NCBI RefSeq assembly: GCF_030684315.1
Contig: NC_081362.1
Coordinates: 67,566,897-67,630,896 of the forward strand
DNA: 64,000 nt
Source of the DNA: Stegostoma tigrinum
Taxonomy: Eukaryota
Direction: 5' to 3'
The notes beneath the pieces were generated by a model. The model was not told the DNA's origin and searched no databases. It worked only from the letters and a program-made list of their open reading frames with translations. Shown in pieces: positions 1 to 12,769 of this stretch. The position numbers were made by a program, and so were the translations under genes. Position 1 is the stretch's first letter, and every line of letters starts with the position of its first letter.

Positions 1-146
1 ACTGCCACAGCTTCTCCAAACTATCCACAAAACTGAAGTCACTCACCCCTAAAGCCGCTCTCAACCTTTGCTGCACTCTTTATACATTCATGAGCTCAGT
101 TTTCTCTCTGTGATCAAATTATGTGAGAATGTTCACTGATCATTTA

Positions 147-515
147 TTTTCTTTATTCATTTATGGGATGAGGGAGTCATTGGCTAGGCCAGCGTATATT
201 GCCCATCCCTAAATGCCCAATCGGCAGTTAAGAGTCAACAACATTATTATGGCCCTAGGGTGACATGTAGGCCAGGCCAGGTAAAGATGGCAGTTTCCTT
301 CCCCAAATGACATTTGTGAACCAGATGGGTTTTCCTGATAATGTACAATGGTTTCATGATCATTATTAATTAGTAGACTCTTAGTTCCAGATTTTTTTTT
401 ACTGAATTCGAATTCCACTGTCTGCCATGGTGGGATTCGAACCAAATCCCCGGAACATTGCTGGGATCACTGGATTAATAGTCCAGCGATAATATCATTA
501 GGCTATCATCTCCCC
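147..515 (-). mobile_element. tRNA-derived SINE with LINE-derived 3' tail
   Basis: The minus-strand head has an A-box-like TAGCCTAATG and a B-box GGTTCGAATCC. The tail gggcatttagggatgggcaat...gaataaagaaa matches the end of the LINE at 46198-47810. Other copies lie at 25938 and 41282. Confidence 0.8.
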
Positions 516-861
516 ATTATGTCTTATATCTTCAGAGCAAGGTATTGAAGTGTTCTTCATCCCTTATCCAAATGTTCAGGCTTATCTAAACTGAATCAAA
601 CGTTTAGGCACAGGGGCAAATGATGCTTATGCGGACCCTCTCTGGTGTAAGGAGTACAATATCAAAATTTGTTGCCAACTCCACAACTGCTTTAACCAAC
701 AGAATTTATAGTTTCTCAAGGAGGAGAGATTCAAAAAAACTTATTGAGTTGGCAGGCAGACTGAAAAGGTTTTGTGGATAATTGTAAGGTATTACATTTT
801 AGATGGAAAAATAATGGTTGTAGATGGAAATTGGAGGTGTAGGCTATTTGATCACCAACTC

Positions 862-1010
862 TTAAATGGCCTACCCTTACTTTGAGACTGTGTCTTCTGG
901 TTCTAAACTCACCCATCAAGGAAAACATCCTATCCATATTTATTCTGTCATGGCTTGCAAAAATTTTCTAAGTTTTCAATAAGATCACCTCTCATTGTTC
1001 AACATTCTAC
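862..1010 (-). mobile_element. CR1 LINE 3' fragment
   Basis: ORF 731..937 peptide MFSLMGEFRTRRHSLKVR is the typical CR1 ORF2 C-terminus. Confidence 0.7.
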
Positions 1011-1014
1011 AAAA

Positions 1015-1325
1015 TAGAACAATAGAATCTCGAGTGTGAAAAAAGGCCATTTTGCCCATTGAGTTCGCACTGACCTTCTGAGCAGCCTCCCACCCAAATC
1101 CAGCCCCCAGCCCTATCTCTTTGACTCATATTTACCATGGCTAATCCACCTCGCCTGCTCATCACTGGACACTACCAGGCAATTTAGCACGGCCTGTCTA
1201 TCTGACCTAAACATCTTTGGACTGTAGAAGGAAACCAGAGTATCCAGCAGAAACTCATGCAGACATGCATCCCGATCTCTGGTGCTGTAACGCAGTAGTG
1301 CTAACCGGTGAGCCACTGTGCAGCC
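1015..1325 (-). mobile_element. HE1-type (V-SINE) SINE, diverged
   Basis: Reverse complement of the SINEs at 39597 and 43262 (ggcaatttagca, acatctttggactgt, gtgctaacc..tgagccac). Confidence 0.8.
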
Positions 1326-2130
1326 TTGGTGGCTCAGTGGTTAGCACTGCTGCACACAGTACCAGTATTTTTTTCAATCGTTTTGATATAATCAATAAAA
1401 AGACCATAGTATTCAAATATATAATTAAGTGAACTAGGCAGTAGGTAAATTAGCAACAACATAGGCTAAACGTGCAGCATTTAAGTTTGCTATGCAAGAG
1501 AGATACAGTACCAGACTAAAGCAGTAAATGTAAAAATGTACAAAATGTTAATTAAAACACAATTGGACCATCAGCAGCTCTCCTTGTAAAATGAAATTTA
1601 GCCCAAAACTTTCCATGTCTTCACACAAGCTTCATACAACATTGTCTGCACATACATCAACTGGGCAGGTAGCAAGATTAGTACCCAGTTCGTAATGCCA
1701 ACCCCTGTCAGGGCCAAAATGCTGACAGCAAGCACCATCCTCAATGTTTGTTAGACTGCCTGACACCACATTGGAGAATAGTGGAAGTCGGGCAGAGGGC
1801 CAGCTGCCTCATGGTGTAGAGTAGTCAAACACTCAAAAATTAAAATACATGTCAACTACAAAAAGAAAGTTGTCTTTAGTCAATAATGGTTTTAACGATT
1901 TGTCACGTTGGACTTTTAAAAAGGAAAATTTATCGTGTCACTTTTTCAATGGAAAAATTGAATCAATCAAAAAGTTTCGATGAAAGTAACTGGCCCTTTG
2001 GAGTCCACTAAAAACCCAACCTCAAGGAGTTTACCAGAAAGTTAGTTGGAAACACAAGTTCAAGGCCTCCATCCCACCTTTAATACGCTACAGTGTTGTA
2101 GAGACAGTGGAAACAGGGTACATTTCAGAG

Positions 2131-2305
2131 TTAACAAGGTGTAGAGCTGGATGAACACAGCAGGCCAGGCAGCATCAGAGGAGCAGGAAGGCTGACGTTT
2201 TGGGTCTGGACCCTTCTTCCTCTGATGCTGCTTGGCCTGCTGTGTTTGTCCAGCTCTACACCTTGTTATCACAGATTCTCCAGCATTGGCAGTTCCTACT
2301 ATCTC
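2131..2305 (+). mobile_element. Penelope-derived fold-back mini-insertion (family A)
   Basis: Inverted arms 2132-2182 and 2218-2268, a 37-nt tail, and a 12-bp TSD tacatttcagag (2119-2130, 2306-2317). The sequence equals the terminus of the RT/GIY-YIG element at 19564. Confidence 0.9.
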
Positions 2306-3152
2306 TACATTTCAGAGAACTATTTTCAAAGAATGTCAATACTCTACTTATGGCCACTGTTATCATTCCAGCTGCTAGCCCTATTGAACAAGTAATATCC
2401 CACAGCGATGCTCAGCTTGATAGATATTACATTTAATTTTTATAGTTGTTTACTGTGGTGGTTAGAGACTGATTATGTTCATACAAGAGCAATCTTCTTT
2501 AACAAAATAACACGTTAATTATACAAAAGAAAACCAAAACAAAGCTGCAAGTGTGAGCCACTTTAGAAGGATCTTAATATAATCAACAAAATGATTTAAC
2601 CTCATTCCCCAAGTTAGAGATACCCAATCACAAAGCAGTACGGCTCCTATCTTAACTTTTTAATTTCTTATTTAAATGTCTCTTAAGCAGGTAGAAAATC
2701 TTCCAGACTGGAAATTTCTACACAACTAATAGATGGGCCTTCTTAATAAAACTGATAAAACTGTTCCTGTGAATTCAAACTGATTTCTGAATTGAAACCT
2801 GATTTACTATTGGGCCCTGGTCTGCTCTTCACTATGCATCCTAAAAGCTAAACTTTGTAAACATTTGATCAACACCATAGGTAGCCTGCTTCACAGTTAT
2901 GTCACGTGTTTTCTTATTTTTAGTTAATTGTTCCAAATTATTTCTCACCTCTTTAAAGAAAAAAGTTGCCGTTTATTGTTTTATTTTGACCTTTACAGAA
3001 CTGAAACCAGACATCTATTTTAACCATACTTTAAAGCCCAAATTCACAAATAATGATAAATCTTTATCACAACACAGGGAATGTGATAAAACCCCTAACT
3101 TCTGTAGGCAGATTGACTGAAATGCTGGGAAAAGCAACAAAGAATGTTCAGT

Positions 3153-3341
3153 GATAACAAGGTGTAGAGCTGGATGAACACAGCAGGCCAAGCAGCATCA
3201 GAGGAGCAGGAAAGCTGATGTTTCAGGTCAAGACCTTTCTCTTTTCCTGCTCCTCTGATGCTGCTTGGCCTGCTGTGTTCATCCAGCTCTACACCTTGTT
3301 ATCTCAGATTCTCCATCATCTGCAGTTCCTACGATCTCTCT
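3153..3341 (+). mobile_element. Penelope-derived fold-back mini-insertion (family A)
   Basis: Perfect 61-bp inverted arms 3153-3213 and 3243-3303, a 38-nt tail, and a 14-bp TSD aaagaatgttcagt (3139-3152, 3342-3355). Confidence 0.9.
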
Positions 3342-4039
3342 AAAGAATGTTCAGTATTTTCTTTTGCTAATTTCACTAGGTTAGTTTTTGCAGCCATTCA
3401 ACTTCTGGAACCTTGCTTGAATTGTTCTAAGCATGCTTTAAGAAACACTTGTTCAATATGCTCCCCACAAAACTGAACGTCAAAACTACATATAGGACAG
3501 AAGCAGAAAATGCTGGAAATATATGACAAGTCAATCAATATTTGTAAAGAGACAAAACTTGTGCACTTTCACATGACAGGATAGTTTGGGGTCATGGACA
3601 ATGGTGTGAGGAAAAGATGAACATTTTTTCCATCAGCTATGGATGTATGACAAAATATCATTTGGGAAGAATAAATCAGCAAAATTATTCTAAAGAGACC
3701 TCTGGAAAGTTGAGAGCAGAAGAGGAGTGGGGGAGGTGTGTGCATGCATGCAAGGGAGGGAAGGAAGTTCAGTGTGGGTGGTAGGAATTGAACTTTGCGA
3801 TAGGAGTGGCTGAAATAATGACCTACATTAATCTTGATTATGCATTTCTATTCAAACCTACTAAAGAGCTTATGTACTTGATAGCTCTTTTGATGTAAAC
3901 TACACAATTGATTGTAAACTTGTCTCTTTATAGCCTTAAGGTATATTGAGTACTTCCATTATTTTTGTACTTGTGCCTTAGGTAACTATAGGTCCAGTGA
4001 TGTAAGAACTTCACATCATTATTATAACAATGCAAGCAT

Positions 4040-4690
4040 ATTTCCAACTGGTTAGAAATCAAGGCAAGCAAGGCTAATTGAATGTTAGCCTTTATTGTAA
4101 TAGGATTTGGATGCAGGAGTAGTGAAATCTTGCTTCAATTGCCTAGGAATTGGGTTAAACCTCACCTAAAATACTGTGTGCAGTTTTCATCTCCTATTTC
4201 AGGGAAGAGATTATTGCCATAGAGAGACTGCAACAAAAGTTCACAAGACTTATTCTTGGGCTGGTGGGACTGTCCGATGGAGAAAGATTGGGCAAACTGG
4301 GTCTCTATTCTGTACGGTTTTGAAGAATGAGAAGTCATCTTACTGAAACTCAAAATTACTTAAATGGACACACAATATTGATGCAGGTAAGATGTTTCCC
4401 CTCATTGCATAGTCTAGAACTAGGGTGCACAATTTAAAATAATGAGGAATGCCACTTAGAGATCAGGAGGATGCTGTTTACTTGGAGGATTGCAAACCTT
4501 TAGAATTCTCAGAGGGCTGTGGAATCTCAGTATTTGAGCATGTTTAGCATAAAGATTGATAGATTTCTGATGAAAAGTGACATCTAGGGTTATGGGGATG
4601 AGTTGGGCAAAAGATACTGAAGTGTTAGATTAGCCACAATAATATTCAGTGCTGGAGCAGGCTCAAAGGGCTGAATAGTCTACTCCTGTT
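4040..4690 (+). mobile_element. CR1 LINE 3' fragment, old
   Basis: Degenerate coding for KAN.MLAFI, LKYCVQF and RRMR..L.ET motifs, followed by the CR1 3' end gggctgaatagtctactcctg. Confidence 0.8.
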
Positions 4691-4796
4691 TCTCCTTCCG
4701 AACAGATGAAACTGGTTGATTTTTCTACTTTCTTAGCCAGGGAAGTGGAGGTCAATTGTGGAAACTCTACTGCCACCCTAGCTGAGATCAACCAAC

Positions 4797-5385
4797 TTAT
4801 TTTGATTTATTATTGTCACCTGAACTGACATACAGTGGAAAGTATTATTTTATATGCTAACCAGACAAATCACACCTTACCTAAGTACATCAGGGAGACA
4901 GAACAGAATATAGAACAATGTTACAGCTACAAAGAAGGTACAGAGAAAGATCAACTCTAACCTATGAGGTGTCCAATCATAAGCCTGTTAACAGTGGGAA
5001 ATAAGCTGTTCTTAAATCTGTTGGTATGTGTTTTTCAAACGTTTGCATTTTCTGCCTGATAGAAGAGGGTGGAAGTCAGTATAACTGGGTAGGAGGGGTC
5101 TTTGATTATGTTGCTGCTTTCCCAAGATTGCGGGGAGCATAGACAGAGTCAATGGAATGAAGGCTGGTTTTCATGATGGATAGGGCTGTGTTTATAATTC
5201 ACTGTAAGTTCTTGAAGTCTTGAGCAAAGCAGTTTCCAAACCAAGCTGTGTTGCATCCGGATTTGATGCTTTCTGTGGAGTATCTATAAAAATTAAGAGT
5301 TGTTGTGGACGTGCCGAATTTCCTTACCCTTCTGAGGAAGTAGAGGTGTTGGTGTGCTTTCTGACTGTAGGGTCAACACGGAAAA
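4797..5385 (-). mobile_element. Rex1/Babar-like LINE 3' fragment
   Basis: The minus strand encodes a decayed YFLRRVRKFG ... IIKDPS.P ... LSGRK ... RFKNSLFPTV, the Rex1-type RT C-terminus. Confidence 0.7.
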
Positions 5386-7568
5386 CCTATTCTTAGTGAT
5401 AATCCATTGAATAATTTTTGTAGGCATCTTCATCAGTTGTTTTCAAAGTCAATGTTTGGAAAATACCTCTTTGGTTACCGACAATGATTTTGATAAATGA
5501 ACAAAATAGCCTTTTAAATTTTAAAATTTATCAAAGCGCTCTTCTTGTTGCCATTTTGCCAAATGTGGTGTCATTTCAGCAGTTTTAGCTATGTATATCA
5601 ATCTAAAATCAAATTCCAATTATTGCAATCATTTCTCCAAGTTACAGACAAGGAACCATCATACTTCTACCTATGTAAAGTACTAATATTTCAACTCTTT
5701 CAATCAGAGAAAGAAAAATAAACGTTTGACCGCTTGAAGTTCTTTTTAAACATACACAAATTGGGGGAAAAGGTTAATTTTGGTGGATGAATACCACAGG
5801 AAATACAAACAGAGTGGACAGTGATAAAGTCAGGTTGTCAAAGAAATGAATATCAGTAATGAATAATGGGCTGAAACTCCCCTTGCTTTTAGTTTTGTGG
5901 AGATGCCCACAAATATATATACTCTGCAGTTCCGCCATAGCCTGCAGCAGGAAAGAAATGGAAAACCACAGCTGCAGAATTTCAAAGATTAGAATAACCA
6001 AATATTTAAGCTTTCCTGCGTGATGTAGTTATAAAAATAAATCAAAAAGGCAGGCAATTAAGGCAAAATGTTTCAGTGACCTAGGTCTATCAGTACAGTT
6101 TGTAACCAACAGCACAGCTGCACTAACAAAATTCCTCTTGATTAGCCAAACAAGCAAAGCATGAGGTCTCTTGATGGCTTTCTCTAATGTTGCCTTCAAT
6201 TCAGCTGCAACGATAATTCAACAGTTTGTATACACAATGCTCCATATAAAGTACTTTGTGAATGAAATAGGTTTGTTTGCCTTTTGCATCAACACTCGGC
6301 AAATGATCAGCTTTAAATTGAGTTATTTTTGTCATTTCTTTACCATCCTCACTCTCAGCTTTTTGAATGGACAACTTCAAAAATCTATTCATATAATAAA
6401 GAGCATTTTTTGACAAAATATAAAGTATCCATTTAAAACCTGATTTTTTTCTGAATTAGTCTTGAACATAAACTTTTGAGGTTTCACACAAATTTTCTTT
6501 AGATTTAGTTCTGAAGCTAATCAAACTCAAGTACAATATTGCTATCCATAAATACTGATGTTTTTCTTGGATAACATAAACCTCAGAACATTCAGTAGGA
6601 ATTCTTTAGACATTGCTGAAGATTTTTCTTGACTAATTTACTGAACCTATCTAGCTCAAGGAGTTGCTTTGTCCCCCTGACTCAGTGATTTCATCAAGTT
6701 GGCATAAAGGCTGCAACAGCTTAAAGTTCTAAAATAATACCTAAATCTACTAGAACTACCAGAGCAACCAGCCCTTAAGGTAACTCTAACATTGATTAGA
6801 CCAAAAGAAAATGGTCCAGCAAAGTGGCAAAGTTCCTAAATAATTATAACATATCGTTTCATTACAGTAATCTATACAGTACTGCTACCAGTTATAAAAC
6901 CACACAATTTCAGCAAACATATTAAGTACTGCAGAGTTTGAAGTCATTGTACTTCTGAATCATTGGAACAATTTACTGTTGTCACTATATTACATCTTAC
7001 CCTTCTTTTCCTCTATTTTCTTTAAGATAAAAGGCAGATGAAATGCAACAAAGGTAACCTTGGAACTCAAAAATATGGGAATCAGATTTAGCCTCCGTGT
7101 GCCTGTGTCAGCTCTCTTAAAGACAGTTTTTCTTCATCTTTACCTATATCCATAAAATTCTCCCTGAAATAACAGCATATCTGATGTGTCACAGCCAAAG
7201 ACAACATGTTTCTATTGTAGCTGAATGGTTCTCCTGTAACATCTTCCTTCCAGAAGGTTCTGTGTCACTCTGAAATGCTTCAGTTACATACCAGCTATTG
7301 AAACACAGCAGCACATTGGTGAGCATGAAAGTTTTGACACAAGGATTTAACTACATAAGAAACAATGAATTACAGATTATTGGAAATTATTCGCAATTTG
7401 TGTGCAAAATTTCCTTTGTATTGTGAATATTTTGTCCTGTTTATCAGGGACAAATATCAACAGTTTTAGGTTGACAACTAATGGTGGTTATGTTGATGAC
7501 CCATATGGGGGTCTGAATTAAGAACATAGTACTAGGGAAAAAAAAATTCAAGATTCTGATTCAAGATA

Positions 7569-8001
7569 CTGGTATGGAGGGAAGGTCTTACGAGGAAAGG
7601 CTGAGGGACTTGAGGCTGTTTTCATTAGAGAGAAGAAGGTTGAGAGGTGACTTAATTGAAACATATAAAATAATCAGAGGGTTAGATAGGGTGGATAGGG
7701 AGAGCCTTTTTCCTAGGATGGTGACGGTGAGCACGAGGGGGCATAGCTTTAAATGGAGGGGTGAAAGATATAGGACAGATGTCAGAGGTGGTTTCTCTAC
7801 TCAGAGTAGTAAGGGAATGGAACGCTTTTCCTGCAACGGTAGTAGATTCGCCAACTTTAGGTACATTTAAGTCGTCATTGGATAAGCATATGGACGTACA
7901 TGGAATAGTGTAGGTTAGACGGGCTTGAGATCGGTATGACAGGTCGGCACAACATCGAGGGCCGAAGGGCCTGTACTGTGCTGTAATGTTCTATGTTCTA
8001 T
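7569..8001 (+). mobile_element. Young CR1 (HER1-like) LINE 3' end
   Basis: ORF MEGRSYEERLRDLRLFSLERRRLRGDLIETYKIIRG with a (tgttcta)n tail; highly similar to 14946-15595 and 53557-53684. Confidence 0.92.
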
Positions 8002-9607
8002 TCCCTGTTACCATACCTAAAATTGCAGTTACGTTTTGCTGCATAAGAGATTTGCTGGTGACATGGTATTTCCTTATGCACTTAAGGGGTGACTGGCAGA
8101 TCTGAGAAAGTGAAAATGTGACAATGATTAAAATGTAATATTTTATTATTAAAGCCCAAAATGAGGCAAAATTAAATAGTAGCATTCCTTAAATTAAACT
8201 CTGCGGCTATCAACAGTACCTAGGAATTTGTTTAAGATCAATCAAACCAAAGGCTGATTGATGTTGATCTAAAGAAACAAGGTCAGTAATTTTACAGAAA
8301 CAACAAAACATCTGAGCTACAGTTTAAAGAAAAGGACATTATGAAAATCCAAGGTATGAGGCACAACAAACTAAAGGGTATTCAAAAATCAAAAACTGGC
8401 TGATGTAACTTGCTCCATTTAGTCACTAATAAACTATATGAAGTAAAGCAGACACCAGGTCAAGGCAAGCCCCACATTAAAGCAACTTCTTCAACTTTTG
8501 TACTGATGTGTTATCGACTTAGATACACCAGCATTCTAATTCCTGGTTACAATAATAACCGTATAAAAATAATTCCATTTGTATTGTGCCTTTAATTTGA
8601 ATAAACATCCAAAAGTCATCGCAAGTGGTGTAAGAAAAAATATGGACACCAAGCCTAAAAATAGAAATATTAGGAAGGGTCACCAAAAAACTGAACTGGA
8701 CGAGTGAATGGACTCAAAATTGGAACTGTGTAGAAGTGGTCTGAATGTCTAGCGAGAGGGACACAAAAGTCGGGACAAGGAAGAAGCATCTAAGAGAACA
8801 GGAAAAGTGGATCACAGTGTTTTGTGAAGAAGGGAAGCTGAAGCAGTCTGTACTAGATAAAAAGATCATGGAATGGCTTCAAAATATAGATGAGAATTTT
8901 AAATTCTCAGCTCTAGGGTACATACATAAGATGTAGGTGAACAAGGGAAGGGAATGGGAGAGGCGCACAAAATTGAATTGGAATGTGTTAGGGAATCTGA
9001 CTTTTAACATTTATCTCTAAGTTAAAACTGCCCCTATCATCTCCGGACAGTAGTTCATATCACCTCAGCTTTACATTAAATACAGTATCATTTTAACTGA
9101 ATGACAAACTACATTTAAAGTACTCAAAAATCTAGTAGGCAGTTGGCAAACTTTCATTTGAATGATTTTGAAAAAAACATTACTCCTAACACTGTCTCAT
9201 AACACCTTAGTAACTGAGGTACGAATGTCTGAACCTCACAGTTTTATTTTTGAAATCAACATCATCTACAATAAGGTGCAGCCATCAGCATGACTGAAGG
9301 TTGTTCTCTAAATTTTGTTGTCTACAAATCAAAAATAGGAGTGACCACATGGCTAATTATGTCTGTTCTGTAATTTTTGTCAGCCATGACAGTTGTTCAT
9401 CTTTTTCATCACACCAGGAACCGATTCTACAAATACCATTCTATGTTAGCTTTAATACATACATTAAATGGGCTTAAAGATCCCCCAAGATCATTTGTTA
9501 AAATACCTTAATTTGTAGAAAACATGTACAAGTCTGAACTTGTACACGTGATTAGCGATTTATTGAAAACACTGCAAGGTTTAGAACTTGATTCTATAAA
9601 TTCTTAC

Positions 9608-9693
9608 CTCTTGTTTTTGACTTATCCAACTGATGACACAAGATATTGATGATATCAAGAAAGGTTGCTCTGGTAAGGAAACAAGGATTCTGC
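9608..9693 (-). CDS. THADA: THADA internal coding exon (86 bp, phase 2 to 1), next after 24411-24526
   Basis: The minus strand reads ttttctag|GCAGAAT...ACAAGAG|gtaaga and translates to (R)QNPCFLTRATFLDIINILCHQLDKSKTR, matching human RQNPCLVTRAVYIDIL as recalled. CG from the previous exon plus G completes an Arg codon in frame. Confidence 0.93.
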
Positions 9694-10879
9694 CTAGAAA
9701 ACAGTAAATCAGTAACAATCAACTATGTAAACTAATTAAAGAATAAACAGCTATTAGGTTACAACAAAAGCAAACCATCATGCAACCAGTGAGAAAATAA
9801 CAAATTGAGTTCATTATATCCATAAGAGGGAAAGGGAAGTGGAGCAAAGTCAACACTGCAATACGGTTTATCTTTCAAACAGCTAGCTGACTTGAAATGT
9901 TTAAACTGTAGCAAAATCAGAATAAAAGATGTACAAACTTCTTGTTATAATCTATGGTATTTTCTTTGCATACTGCGTTGTTTTTGCACAGTCATATCAG
10001 TGCTCTTAGTCAGATCAATTCTGAAAATATGCAGACCTTTATATTTTTGTCAAGAAATGGAATACATTTAAATAATAAGTGGACTTTAAAATTGCTATTA
10101 AATTTTATTTTTGATAGAAGATCAGAACAGATGTTCAGGAAAAACCCCAGCCATTGACAAGCAACAATGTACTTTTTATTCAAGGATCACCAAAGTATTT
10201 ACAACTGAGACTGTCCAGCCCATATTAAAAATAAAAATCTGTTGCAACTTAGTTAGGTTGTAGGATCTTATCTCATTAATTAACAAAAAAAATGTATCAG
10301 ATGTCAAATACATTTCACTAAGAGGTCCTAATTATCAGCAACTATGACTTGGACTGATGTCTAAGAGTTTTTGTTAAAAATGATAATGCTTACCAATGAA
10401 AACTGGGTGCTTGGGTGACCAAGAACAAAAATTTTCACTTTCAGGAGTTAAAATTAAAATGCAACCCGATTGATGAGATCAAAAATTCATTTCTTGTGAA
10501 TGGTTATGACAGCCCTAATTGAAACAAGTGTAGGCAGTTTCAATTCGATTCAAAATTGCTGATAATTCAGCCATGTCAGAGACCATAAACGTGGTTCGCA
10601 TGGGACATGAAAAATGCTGTAACGATAAAGTGGGAGTGTTAGATTTGAAGCCTGTTGGTAAGGTAGTGCTGGCGGACCTTTAGCTTGTATCCTAGACCTG
10701 TTCTGGTGGTTTGTATAACAAGCAGCAAAACGGGTTCAAAAGCTCAAAGGGTTCTATTGTAAAGCATCAATCACTCTTCAATTCATAAGCGGGTTTGAGT
10801 GAAATTTATACCGGTTTATTCTGTCGCTTTAGGAGTATGAGGGAGAAGATATGGTGCACTAACTGATTGGAATGAATAA

Positions 10880-11250
10880 AATTCCAACAGGGATGGACAT
10901 ACCCAATGCAGTGATGGTGATTTCTCTATTGGGAAGTCTAGAACCACATAGTCAGAGTCTCTTGATACAGAGTAGGTAATTTAGGACAGAGATGAGAAAA
11001 CATTTCTTCACTCAAAGGGTAGTGAGCCTGTGGAATTTCCTAGTAGACAAGATTGTGGAGATCAAGTCATTGAATATATTCGAGAGAGAGAGAGACAGGT
11101 AAATTTTTAGATATGAATGGCACATAGAGGCAAGGAGAGAAAGTGAGAATATTGCATTGAAATAGAGGGACAGCCATGATCATGTTCAATGACGGAGCAG
11201 GCTTCAAAGGGTGAATGGCCTACTCCTGCTCCTATTTGCTATGTTTCTAA
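10880..11250 (+). mobile_element. CR1 LINE 3' fragment
   Basis: Contains gagatgagaaaacatttcttcactcaaagggtagtgagcctgtggaatt and ends with gtgaatggcctactcctgctcctattt. Confidence 0.8.
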
Positions 11251-12769
11251 ACCATGAACAAATTCAGTTAGTAAAATTGATTAATTTCACAAAAATTACA
11301 AAATTTTCCTCAAGAGCTATTCTGTTCCAAGGTATAAACAGGGCTTCTGACAAAGTAGCAGTATCAGAATGGAAGAAATCTTATAAAAGCCCATTTAAAA
11401 CTCATGACATTTTCTTGCATTTCATACGAATCATACAAACTCTTAAAGATATATTAATTTGTACTTTTTTCCCCAGAAAGTACAATTAATTTTAAGAAGC
11501 CGGTGATTAATGTGCAATTTTGTTCATTCAATCCATCAAAGATATTTTATTGTTGTTTATGTGGTCACGAACAGTCAAAACAAAGCTTCCCCACTATGTA
11601 GGTTCCTTCTGGGATTCCAGTTCCAACACCTGCTGCATATGGTACTCTCCAGTTATGTACCAGTGTTGCCAAAGTAAAGCAGGGCTTCCCGAAGTGGAAC
11701 TGTGAACCTATGTGGGTTCATCAGCTCAATCTTTGGCATTATCAGCTCTGAGCAGGAATGGCCTCTGTGGAGCCACAATTATAACGCTAACAGATATTAT
11801 TGTGGAGTCACAATAACTTTCAAGCCTTAAAGTGAGGTCACTGAGGGAAAAATTTTGGGAAGCACCGAGGCAAAAATATTGATGAACAACAGGCAGTGAT
11901 TAGGCACTTGCAAACTTTTGGCTGTGTATTCCATCTCCCCCCCTCCCAGCATACACTGTATAATACAATTATTTTTGTAAATGTCTGTGTGGGCCTAGTA
12001 CTTTTTAAATACCTCTAGCTACTATCCTTCATGCATAGATATGTGTTGCTATTTATAGTAATGTTTGTGTCTTAACTTTAGTTATAATTTTCTGGGAGAG
12101 GTGTAGCGAATCAGGTGAAAGGATAACATACCACAGTTGCAGTCACATAGAACATTTCGTGGCTTTGGCCAATGTACAAAGTAAGCCTTTTATGTGCATA
12201 AGCACCATGTGAAAAAAGCAACAATGGATAGGAAAAGTCAATTACAAGTGACAAAACTGAATAGATCTACTGAATTGAACTAGCATGCTAGAAAAATAAT
12301 TTAGAAAAGAAAAACAAAATCAGTGGAATCTCCTGTCCAATATGAGTATGAAAACAACTTCACAGGGTTATATTGCAAGTTCCATTTTAGATTCACTTTG
12401 AGTCCTATTCTTCAGTTGCTTCACTTGAAACTTCAAATGCCGACAATTAAAAAGAAAATAATTTCCATATGCATATGACATAGACATAGACATGAAAACG
12501 CATTGTATCAGTGCACTGTAGCAAAGTTGTCAAGTGCATCTGTTTAACTAAGATTCTCATTCGAGATAGCTGTCTATGGACTTGGGACTCAACGCTGAAA
12601 TTCACATTTCTTTTGTTAAGTGTGAATTGGAAGGTTTCTCGCCGCAAGGACCAGAGAGTTCACTTGCTATATCTTACCAAACATGTCTCATTAATTTTCC
12701 ACCACAGCCCTTTTGGTGTCTGTCATATTTGATTTCCACCCCATCTTACCAAGTGTAGTTCCTAGGACA

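Noticed and set aside
2131-3341. Repeated palindromic units suggestive of a CRISPR array or MITEs
   Set aside because: They are dispersed, with no repeat-spacer periodicity. The asymmetric tail, variable TSDs and identity to the Penelope terminus show a retroelement origin.
1-9607. Search for the following large THADA exon
   Set aside because: Minus-strand ORFs 5774..6001 and 6201..6416 do not resemble it, so it probably lies before position 1.
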